Shown here: piece by piece, positions 11,293 through 22,172 of the stretch
Position numbering within the stretch: position 1 is the stretch's first letter
How the letters are laid out: every line of letters begins with the position of its first letter
Assembly: GCA_905331295.1 (NCBI GenBank)
Contig: CAJNYD010000214.1
Span: 124,001-147,731, forward strand
Direction: 5' to 3'
Origin: Rotaria socialis
Taxonomy: Eukaryota
DNA length: 23,731 nt
Notes under the pieces: model-generated
The model's input: the letters and a program-made list of their open reading frames with translations, nothing else
The model's database searches: none
Told to the model about the DNA's origin: nothing
Translations under genes and position numbers: made by a program

Positions 11293-11982
11293 TTAAATCG
11301 ATAATTGTTCATCGATGGATGCATAACCCGAACTTGAACGTCTTGAACGCTGTTGATATTCTTGTTCGTCGACTGTCGTTTGTTCGCCACTGGGTTGTAC
11401 AGATCTCGGTGCATATAGAAAACCTGGTTGAACTATAATCGATGAACGTTTATATTCATCATGAATAAATGCGCAATTTTCACCTAACGAAAAAGCGACA
11501 TAAAAGTTTTACTTATGATGACAAAAACAAATTTTACCATAAGGACAATTATTTGTCATATGAAAAAGTCGACACAAAACTGATTTATGATTGGCATTTC
11601 GTAAATCATCTGATCCATGAGCAAATGTACAATCGCCATCGAACTTGCATGTACCTGTTTCAATATAATATTTACATAATTCAGTTTTATATTTTGAATT
11701 GCTCGTTGACCATGATGCAATTTTTGATTTATCAATAACAACAACTGGACCACAGGGAATTTTCGAAAATGCTGTATTACGTGATAATCTCATGTCCTAA
11801 ATTAAAATAGAAAGTTTATTTAAAACAAAAAATTCGAATATATTTGTTTTAATAAAACCTACAAAGGCTCGTATATATCGTTTTAAATCGATTTCTTCAT
11901 TGTCATAAAACATTAATTCGAACATAAGTTTATGTCTATACGCTTCTCGTTGAGCTTGATGATTAGATGACGTCAATGACAT
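11293..11982 (-). CDS. TIS11/ZFP36 (tristetraprolin)-like tandem CCCH zinc-finger RNA-binding protein, 189 aa, 3 exons
   Basis: Minus-strand exons are 11982-11863, 11796-11538 and 11483-11293, with introns of 66 and 54 nt. Finger 1 is KYKTEL-C-x8-C-x5-C-x3-H (CKYYIETGTCKFDGDCTFAH). After splicing, finger 2 is CRLFHMTNNCPYGENCAFIH. The (R/K)YKTEL lead-in is diagnostic of the TTP/TIS11 tandem zinc-finger family. Confidence 0.87.
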
Positions 11983-13461
11983 TTACTTGGTTTTGTTTTA
12001 CAGAAGAAAATTTGTATACATGCGTTTTATTGTTCGATATTACCGCTGCTACTTGTTCTGGCCAGTTAGTGATAACGAGCCTATGTACGTTTGTTTGTAT
12101 ATGAATGTCACACCACCGAACGAACAAAAACAATAGAAAGAATATTTTCTCTCATCGTCCAAGGTTTGAATTGAATAAAGATATGGATAGTAGAATAACA
12201 AATCGTTGATCAGACGGACGAGAGTGAAAGAAAAATGGATGACAGAAATTTTTACGTACACTTAAAAAGCACAAAGAATTCAATCTATAATTTTGCTGTT
12301 GTTCATTTAATATGAGTATCTATTAAAATAACTTACAAGAACTTTTTGGACTTTTTAATTTATTATAAATGCAAACTGGTCATAATACTTTTTAGATAAA
12401 TTACTAAAATGTACGCCAATCGTATATGATTTCTTCGTAAACGACAATTTAGAAGCTGGTACTTTTTTTTTTACTATTATCTCAATATTACCTATCAACA
12501 CATGCTTTATCATAAAACAAGAAAAGAACTCTTATTTATGTTGAAATATGTACTTGACATTTATGATTAATTGATGATTCTAAACAACAAAGAGAAGCAG
12601 ACCAACTGATTACGAGCTGTGGACTTCATCCCTTCTTTTAGGATTATAATATGTGTGACAATGAACTTTTTGTTACATATAACTTACAACACAATTCTCT
12701 TTATGTTGTATGAAATTCTATTACTTATAGATAATTCAAGTTTTATATTTTGCTTCATTATTATCTGGAATATTGCCTTCTGATATAGAATTGATTGCTA
12801 GCCGCGTGAATTCTTTTTATAATGCAAGAAGAATAAGATAAATAGTTTGAATCATATTCAAACAATTAAGCTGAAAATTTACAAAATATCCATAAAGAAT
12901 TTTTCAGACTATAGGTAACTTAACAGAAATTACACGGCTTTATTCATTATATTTTTGTTCGCCATAGAGAGACGAGTGCATTCAAAAGAATTTTTTTGTT
13001 TTTATAGATCCAAATCGTATTTATGTTAACCTGAAAATTTCAAACAAATGAGACTTTTAAATAATCGATAGGTTATCAATATTTGTAAGATAACGTAGGC
13101 ATATTCATTAAAACGTGTATAAACCATATAAAAATGTTCACAAGTAGAGATTTAGTTTGATTTAATTCTAACGAAGTCATCTAAAATATTCCTAAGGAAC
13201 GTATAATTGTTTAATCGTACGAATATTATTTTATATTTCGATCCGGCTCATGAAGCAGAATTTAACTATCGCCTATTTTTGTATCAGTTGCTTTCATAGT
13301 TTTATCGAACATATAAATATGTTTTTTCACTGCATCTCAACTTTCTGTTCGTATTCTTCATCTAGCACAAGTGTTTATTTTTACATGAGATTAATTTATT
13401 ATTGTTTGAATTAAGCAAAATGTGGTACAAGTTTGTTTAAATAAAGTTTTTCTTTTTAATA

Positions 13462-14325
13462 TTATATTGCCTTGTTGAATCTTTCAATATCTTTCTCAAG
13501 ATCTTTCATTGTATCAGCATCGTCTTTATCCAATTTGTACGATGATGATGGTAATTTATGACCTTTCTTGAATGTTTTATCTTTGCTACTTAAACCAAAA
13601 AGGCCTTTAAGAAAATTGCGTTTCGCACCCTTTTCACCTCGTGCAATACTCATTAATTGTTGTAATTTTGAATGTTGTTCAGGTGGAATACCACTTTCTA
13701 ACGTATCTTCGGCTTCCTTTTCTTCATCTTGATCATTTGATGGCTCTTCATTTTCATTTTCATTATCTTCATCTTGATTAAAAGCCGGTGTTGTTGTTAC
13801 GCTATATTTATCTTTAGATTTATTATTACCAAATTTTCGATTAGGTCCATTGCAACCAAGTAAATTGATTGCTTGTTGCAGTTGAGGATTGAAATTACCA
13901 ACTGACGAAGCCATTTTAATATATTTATTGTCGCATACATCATTCATATTTTTAGCAGCCAATGCTTGTTGAATAACCATTCCTACAGCGGCAGCTATTT
14001 TTATTTTACAAGAAAATGAAATAGAAATAAATTCTTAAAGAAACAATAGCAAATAATTTACTAAGCATTGAAACAACTACTGGATTTTTAAGTAATTCAC
14101 GAAGTTTTGTTCGTTCACCTGGTGGTAGATCAGATTCAACATTACCAGTCGACGAACCTTTTTTACTGAATAGTTTTGAAAGTAAACCTCGTTTCTAAAT
14201 AAATGAGTATAATATGATTATGAAGCCATAATTCTATTTTTCAAACCAACATGAATAACATGACTTTGTGTTGCTAAAATAGTCAAAGTAAAACACCAAA
14301 CAAGAAATAACTGTCCGGACCACAT
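13462..14325 (-). CDS. Uncharacterised secreted prepro-protein with dibasic (KR) sites, 246 aa, 3 exons
   Basis: Minus-strand exons are 14325-14251 (MWSGQLFLVWCFTLTILATQSHVIH, signal-peptide-like), 14194-14062 (KRGLLSKLFSKKG...VSML) and 13994-13462 (joins the ORF-track ORF 13462-13980). The GT-AG introns are 56 and 67 nt, total 741 nt in frame. It has an acidic spacer (QDEDNENENEEPSNDQDEEKEAED) and two Cys after the signal peptide. Confidence 0.8.
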
Positions 14326-17016
14326 CAGGTTGTTTTTCTGTTGCTAATCGAATAGGTTTTTTTAAAGGAATGAGATGTGCCTATCTTTTATATCACTTTA
14401 TGCATAAAGTTGATGACGTATCTATCTCGCCGACAGTTATGGATACTCTTCTTTTTTTTGCTCTCATCACTTAGCAGATGATTAGTAATGATATATTGTT
14501 TTCTACTTGTATACAGCTAGAAGCAAAAAAAAGAAATATATTTATCCATATGAATGATACTATTAAAGTAAATCGGATACATACAAGAGAACCAAAAGTC
14601 GTTTTATCATTATTTATCCAAATAATAAGTTTTGATTCACAAGCAGATATACATGTAATTATAATAGAAAGTTAATTGATATCATATACATTAGATTTTG
14701 TTCTGTTGAAAAGATAGCATCATCAATTTTAACTGTGCCTTGAATTATATCATTTGCTTGATCAAGGTATCTGATTAGCCAGTGTTGGTGTAGTCAACTT
14801 GCTGACTTATTAATATAATTCAAACAAATATGAAGTATATACTTGTAATTTCAAATCTTCTTTCTCAAAACATAATAGTAGTGGTTTATAGATATCTTAA
14901 CAGGAATGATTATCGTTATTAAATGATGATGATCAACGTCTCTATACATCGACGTACCCTTCGATTGACAGCAATTTGTAATGAATAGTAGAATCTTTTC
15001 TCTTCTATGACTGTTGAAAATCGTGTTGTTGATCGAAATAAATAAATATATCATTTTGATAGATTCATAAACAAAATTTTTATTTTCTTCAGCTTTTCAT
15101 TCATTCAATTATTTTTCTATCATAATAATTTCTTTGGATGTCTCGTAACAAAACAATGAATTTATCTTTATAAAAATGTAAGAGAAGTGTGCTAATTAGG
15201 AAGATCCATGAAATTACCTCCTATGATTAATATAACCTGATTTCAGCCTCTGGGATGATTTTGTATTTCGAACATCACTCATTTCGTACTAAATATAATA
15301 TGGGAATGCTTTTGATTTATTAGTTTGTATATTTTCTTTTAAATTCTTTCTTTAGATAAAAATATGCTATAGATTTATTTTTCATATTCAATGTATAATA
15401 TCGTTAAGCCAAAGATACAATAATTGTTAGTTTCTAAAGTAAAGACAGAGATTTTTCCATACCCATATGACACATTTATCATATTGATCTTGTGACAACT
15501 AGATCCAAAGTGGTTTTCTCAAAATATGCTCTCTGAACTCATCACTCATTAGTGATTAATCATTATCGATATACCAGCACCACCATTTTAGTTATTCATA
15601 TCCACCCAGACTTACACCTAAAATCTGCCGAATATCGTTGACATTCGAAATAAACAATCAAAACTTTGAGATAAACTCAATTATATGATCGAGGAAAGGC
15701 GTAGAAAAATATATTGTATAATGAAAAATGTCTAAATAAAGAGTAGTGCTAATTTTCAAATATTTATTTCTTTAACGCGTATATTGACTTCGTTCAGACT
15801 TGTTTCTATGATTTCATCAGATTTTAACGTCCACCAACTACTTTTCTCCCATTTAGTTTGTTTTTTAAATGTCCACAAAAACCTTTATTAGACTCTTGAA
15901 TTCAAGTTCAATTTTATACTCGCTTCCAACACCTGAACTTTATGTAAAGTTGACTTTAAAAGTTTTTATATTGATTTTCGTGTGACAATTTGCAAGATAG
16001 CGTTATTGAAAACAGTCATTGTTAAATCATTCATCCTAATAGTTGGTATTAATACTCTACACATATAATATACATATATGCATCTTACGTAGGATAACAA
16101 TGAAATAATCGTATACAGTTTTTTTTTCTACAATTTTTAGCTACCTATGACAGCAGCATAAAAAAAGAACATTCAATTATTTGAAAATCAACTTTATTTA
16201 AAACATATTTAGCAGTATTAATATTTGATTAATATGACATCCATAAAAAAAAGAGCAATATCTCTAATAGTTCTTGGTGCTAGCAAAACAATTTTTGCTA
16301 TGGTACAGAGAAATTTAGTCTTCTCTTACATCTTGTATCATTAGTAGTAGCAAATCAATTTTTTCAGAGAGATTTAGGCTGATACAGTGCACTTATCAGT
16401 CCTCGTCGTGGTGCCACCACTTGTCTGGAATTTTTCAAACATCTGATTTTTAAAATAAACTTTGATTTGCCTTAATTTGATAAAATTGCATTCTTTATTT
16501 TTATTTTTATGTAATGTCTTCAAATAATAGACAAATAAAATTATATGACTGAACGAAAACAATTTCTCGAATCATCAATGAGTCTCAGATACAACTTCAG
16601 TTTAGTAGTAACAGATTTAATGATATTGTCTCAAACGTATGATAGATTGCGTTGTTTTATCATCTAAAGTTTTTTTAGCATTCTGTGCTTTGGAGAATCC
16701 GTGAATCATGCTCAATAGCAACAACATATTTTTATCTATGAATAATACGCTTTCATTTAGGTGGGCAGCGAGAAAATTGAAGGAATAAAAACATTTTATT
16801 CGCCTTCGCTTCATCGTCTTTTAGTGAGATTATATAAAGTCATACTGATAAATATTTTGGCGCGTTGGCAAAATTTGATTGGCTCAACAGAAAAATTAGT
16901 AATACTATTTCGCAATAATTGCGAAACTTCTAAGGATTACTCATTTGTCAGGTATAAAAAGTGAGATTTTTCAGTCACTGTATTCATTCAGTATTATTCG
17001 CAAACAAAATACAACG

Positions 17017-18927
17017 ATGGCTTCTAACCAACAAACTTATGATGAACAAGTACGTGTTCTACAAGAACGCTTTCCGCATGCATCAACCAACCACTTAATT
17101 CGCCTTTTACAAAAGCATGCTGGTGATATTGATCAGGTACAATCATTTTATTACCATTTCAATATATATATATAATATAGCCCGCTAATGCCTCTCATGC
17201 GGGAGAATGGAGGTTGCTCGATATTTCTCTATATCAGCGTAAAAATAAATACTTAACATATTCTTTAGGCTAAATAATATTTTACTTCTATTTGAATCAG
17301 GTTCGCGCACGTCTCGTTCAACGAGACTTTCATTCTAATAAATGGGATTCACTTGAAGAACGTTTTGGCACAACAGTAACATCGTTACAACAAGAGATCC
17401 CATCGGCTCAATCATTGAAACGAATTCGTTTACTGAGATTGATGGAACGTTTCAGTGGTGACGTGGAAGCAGTTCGAAAATTTTTGCAAAAAGTTGAAGA
17501 ACGAGATCATGAAGTAAATGCAGATTGGCGTACATCTCTTCATGAACGACGAGAAGAATTAAAGAACAAATATGCTACGCAACTGGCTGAATTAACTCAA
17601 GCCGGTATTAATGTCGATTGTCGATGTACACTTTGGCAATTGGAAAAAAATCAAGGCGATGTTAATAAGGTATAATATTTCGTGTTCGTTCTTTCTAGAG
17701 AATACCATATTTGATTGCTTGACTGTGTTCTAAAATAATAGGTGATTGAAAAAATGTCGCATCGTAGAGAGAAACTAGCTGAGCTCGACACAAAATATGC
17801 TAGTCAAATTGCACAACTCGCAGCTGATGGTATCGAAATTAAAAATAAACGCTGTTTAGCGCATTTATTAGAAAAAGCTGATGGCCAAGTTGATGTTGTT
17901 AAACAACTCATAATTAAATGGAAAGATGGAAAGGGAAAAAATAGAGAATATCGACATAGACATCGAAATATATCACCAAGTGATACAACAACACAAGAAA
18001 CTCATGGAGTAGCATCATGCTGGAGAAATCGACGTGAATTAAGTTCGGATGACATTGAAAATCTCAAACAACTTCGTTCAGCTGGTGTACATGGACATCC
18101 TATGAAGATCTTAGCGATGTATCATGAATGTAATGAATCCATTGAATTAACAAAAGCTCGAAAAGATCATGAACGAGAAATGCGTAATCAACAACGAGAA
18201 GAACGATCATCAGTAAGACCAAATTTTTAGCTCAACAGAAAGATAATAGTGAAACTCTGTTGTTTTGTTTAGAAGCGTGCATTATTTGCTGAAGCTCAAA
18301 CTGGCTACGTAACAATCAATAATCGGGAAGATTGGCCACGTGATATTGAACAGGTATATCTAGATGGAAATAATATGATGTTCGTTGTTAAATCACTTCG
18401 ACGTTTATGTCTAAATCGAGCTGGTAAAAAAACTGAACGTGCTTTAGCTGAAATAGCTTCAGCATGGAATGAACAAATGCATATACCAAATGTTGAAATT
18501 ATTTTTGATGCAACACATCAACTGGATCAAATCGGTTCAGTGAAAGTATCGAGCGCTCAACCAACTTACCGAACAACTGATGATATGCTTGTTGAAATAG
18601 CAAGAAAACCGGAGAATCGAGAAAAAAACAAACGCACAATTATAATAACATCCGATCGAGCTTTAGCTGCACTTGTAAGTTCCTATCATATTCTTTTTCT
18701 TGGTGTTCTTAATGAGTTATAATTTATAATTGCAGTTACAACGTGAAGGTTGTTTACTTATGAAACCATATAATTGGTTTGCTCATTGTGTCATGGTTTT
18801 AACACCTGATCTCATTAGATGTGAAGAATTAACTGGCATGAAAACAGAAATATCAACGCCAACAACGGTCAAGATTCGTTACGACTTTGATGAGCTTGTT
18901 CATCGTGTCGCTAATATTGATATATAA
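17017..18927 (+). CDS. Multi-CUE/UBA-like repeat protein with a C-terminal YacP/Rae1-like NYN (PIN-fold) ribonuclease domain, 517 aa, 5 exons
   Basis: Exons are 17017-17136, 17301-17669, 17742-18212, 18273-18674 and 18736-18927. The four phase-0 GT-AG introns are 164, 72, 60 and 61 nt, total 1554 nt with no internal stop. This model unifies five ORF-track fragments. The N-terminal region has five three-helix-bundle-like repeats (e.g. LQERFP...LLQKHAGDIDQV). The C-terminal region has PIN/NYN acidic motifs VYLDGNN, EIIFD, TTDDML and IIITSDRAL. AATAAA follows at 18997-19002. Confidence 0.85.
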
Positions 18928-20908
18928 ACATTCGACTTTTATGCATTCTGTTTTATTCAAGGATAACCTATTCTTTTGTGTGATTACATTATTGTAAATA
19001 AAAATTGTCAAAAATGAGCTAAATTTGTTTTATTCTGATTAGTGTCAGGCTTTTGTTTTGTTTTCTTCTATTAAATGTAATTAAAGCGTGACCAGAACGA
19101 CTAATAGAGAAAGGAGAGATGAGGAAGAAAGGCAACACAAGTTGAGTACTGAACTTCAATGCATATAAGCATTGATGTTACGATTACATCTAAATTAGTA
19201 AGTTGTAAAAGAAGCAAAGTAGACTATATACTGTTTGATCAAAGATAAATCACCTTTCAATTCGTTTGCGGTGATTAGCATGTAGACTATCGTTTAGATT
19301 AATTCTGTACAGAAAAAAAAGGCAGAATACGTAGGAAACTAATTGGAGAAAAACACTGTTTAATTATTAAATAGTAACAAGAAAAAAAGAGAATCTTATC
19401 AAACGATATAGTTAAATAGATTAACTCATTGAATGAATGTTCTTTTGTTATTAGTTCTCCATTTTTTAGTTCACATTGTAAACCCATAATAACTATAGCT
19501 CTTGTTACTATGATCAAATCAGCTACTCCTGTAAGTACTATTTCCTCGGTGGACACAAATAATCAAGTGGGAAAACTCATTCGGGCATACTCAGCCATTC
19601 CTATCCATTCCAATATATTCCTAGCTATTCTAAAATTTTCTCAACTAGGGACGGACCATTTTTCTAAATGAGACTTTGAAGTAGTGTCAGTTAACACAAC
19701 TTCAGATGTTTTTTTCTTTTTAACACTTCACATTTGGAATTTATTGCTAATTGATGATATTGAACTTAATGTTAAATTAATGTAAATGGTCCACCCCTAC
19801 TCTCATGTAGTGTTATTTTTCATAAATTACTGTATCTGTCTTTAGAACCTTGACATTTTCTAACGGTTATAGCTTTTCATTGATTGAAAACTACGCATTA
19901 TCCGAATTCAAGTACATAAATAATATAGATGAAATGAAAAAAAATCATTTGAGATGTGGAGTATTTTTACTCTAAACGTACAGCAGGGATTTGATCTCTA
20001 GGTCCAGAAAAACATTGTGTTTTTCTTGAGCAAAGTGATTGTATCTTTTAGATGATCAATCACTTAAGTCATTGAAAGTCTTGCTCTCATCTAACCTTGG
20101 CAGCCTGCGATATCCGTGATTCGGAATTATTCTAAATCATCCCCATTTGTACATACTGAATGATTATTTTGTTATAATATTCAAGTAACTTTCAAGGATA
20201 AGAAAAATCATATTAAGCAGACTAGTTACATAAATGTTTTACATTCAATTTGATTTCAATAGTATTCAGTTAATTCGGAAAAAAAGATACATTTAGTAGT
20301 AGTAGCATTTAAATAGTCACCTAGTTGAGCGACCAGTCGAATTCTTTACTATCTGTTTTCCTTTATGCTTCGAATCAATTTTCTAAACACTTTATCTATT
20401 TTGCTCTTTACAATAACTAATATATCTATGTATGCATATTAAATCGAAAAAGTACACTTTTGTGAAGGTACTGACTATAGTGAGTTTTCCAAGGTGAATC
20501 CTACGGATTCCAATGAATTTTTGTCTATGATACTGCACGATGCTAAAGTAAAAACATGAAAAGATTTTGAATGCATAGCACTTTCTTGAAAAATTACGCT
20601 TATTTTTCAGATTTTCTTTCTTTTTGAGTTACTAGAAAGTGAAATAATCGGATTTTGCTCAGAAATTTTGTTAATACATAGGCCGACTGAACACTAAGAC
20701 ACCATGAAAATTTTAGCAATAACAATTGTGTTCTTCGATATATACTCACTTTTTGAAGGAATATATTTAAAAGAACATATTTATTATTGCTAAAAGTTTC
20801 ATAGTGTTTAGTCTATCGCTTTATTAACAAATTTTCGAATCAAAATTTGTTTATTTCACTTTCTGATAACTCAAAAAAAAAGGAAAACGATTATACTATT
20901 TTCAACAG

Positions 20909-21709
20909 GCTCGGAATGAGTTTTTTTCCTTGAATATATCACTCGCGGAAGGCCAATGCCTACGTGCTAAATTACCCGATACTGCTAATGTTGCTATTCA
21001 AATTGGTGGTACACAAGTTCATGAACGATATGCAACTAAACAAAATGATTTCGATGAAAAAAAAGTATTCGTATTATTTCTAAATGTTCATTGAATCAAG
21101 AGATACTAGGTTTTGTATAGAGGTATTGACGATGATATTCAAATGAGTGAATTTGCTTTACAAAAAAACGTTCCTTTGGAAGTTGCTCACCTAGATTTAC
21201 TTGCTACAGCTGGACCACGAACAATACATGTTTATGATAAACTATGTGTAGCCGTTCTTTCAACTGATAGTGGGAAAACTCGTGATAGTAATAGAATCAT
21301 GGTTATGAGTGCATTAAAAGGATTAAATATACAACATACTATTTACTTTCAGTGTGGCATTATATATTACAAGTAACTTTGATTCGTATTCTGTATCTTT
21401 CCAAACAGCTATTTCGAGAATTTATTCTAATGAAACATCGGTTATTCAAACATTACAATCTTATCATCCAATAATTCATGTGCAAGTATATATATACTTG
21501 AATTAACATACGAAATTTTTTATTTGATCATTTAGTTTAATCAACTCATCATTAACTATCATGATCCACGACCTGAATATATCCGTGTCATTATTGTTGA
21601 ATGGTCAATAAAATTCTCAATTTTCATAGCACGCACTGTTTCACCAGATAATCAATATAGTTCACGTTTACTCAACGCTCGACGCTCGACGCTGTGGAAA
21701 TTTCGATGA
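20909..21709 (+). pseudogene. Spliced gene fragment of unknown family, probably pseudogenised
   Basis: Open segments bounded by splice sites lie at 20909-21064 (ARNEFFSLNISLAEGQCLRAKLPDTANVAIQIGG...), 21110-~21308 (VLYRGIDDDIQMSEFALQKNVPLEVAHLDLL...), ~21353-21485 (VALYITSNFDSYSVSFQTAISRIY...) and 21536 onward (FNQLIINYHDPRPEYIRVIIVEW...). Canonical introns of 45 and 50 nt join the first pair and the last pair. There is no phase-compatible GT donor for the middle junction, no evident first exon, and an ACGCTCG tandem duplication precedes an early stop. Confidence 0.55.
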
Positions 21710-21967
21710 TTAGCTATAGTCAACAAGTTGATTGATTTAACATCAGAAAAGCTCAAATGACATTTTTTCATCGGGGCACATGATTTCTTTTTCTGGTGAT
21801 TATAAAAAGTCATGTTGTGAGAAAATCACATTGTCATTCCTTCTTGTGAATGAAACATTGAGTCTGCTAACTTCATATATCAGTGCACATCAACAGTTGA
21901 GTTTTTTGGTCACGTGAGTGTTTCTCTATTCAACATAATCTTTCACATTTTTTCTTGATTTATAAAT

Positions 21968-22172
21968 GAAAGTGTTGCTTTGGTAAGTCGATGTTGCGAT
22001 CAACCTGAATATTTTCTTCATCGCAACATGTATTGTGATCCGTAGAGATTATTTGCCTGTTGGTAAGTTTTTAATAAGCAATCTTTCTCGATCAGATGTG
22101 GGGTATGATATTATTCTCATTCTGACACATCACTTAGTTGCGTTCTATCGTTTGGGTCCATTTGTGAAGGAC
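21968..22172 (+). pseudogene. Decayed coding fragment A, paralogous to the inverted fragment B at 23261-23454
   Basis: It translates with one frameshift as ESVALVSRCCDQPEYFLHRNMY/VIRRDYLPVGKFLISNLSRSDVGYDIILILTHHLVAFYRLGPFVKD, which aligns colinearly with fragment B. Confidence 0.55.

Noticed and set aside
14478..16964. Short ORFs and weak dispersed repeats (CATCACTCATT near 15273 and 15540; GTGCTAATT near 15189 and 15746) in the intergenic region
   Set aside because: The ORFs have no coding character, and the matches are 9-11 bp in AT-rich DNA with no consistent spacing.
11293..18927. Functional cluster of a CCCH RNA-binding protein and an NYN RNase (a 'split Regnase')
   Set aside because: The genes are ~5 kb apart, on opposite strands and separated by an unrelated gene. 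The CCCH is TIS11-type and the NYN looks YacP-type. Proximity in a eukaryotic genome is weak evidence.
22030..22070. Minus-strand peptide 'QQANNLYGS' resembling the DANNLYG motif of Polinton/adintovirus DNA polymerase B
   Set aside because: The catalytic Asp is absent, the inverted paralog has stops at the equivalent positions, and the opposite strand gives the conserved reading between the two copies.
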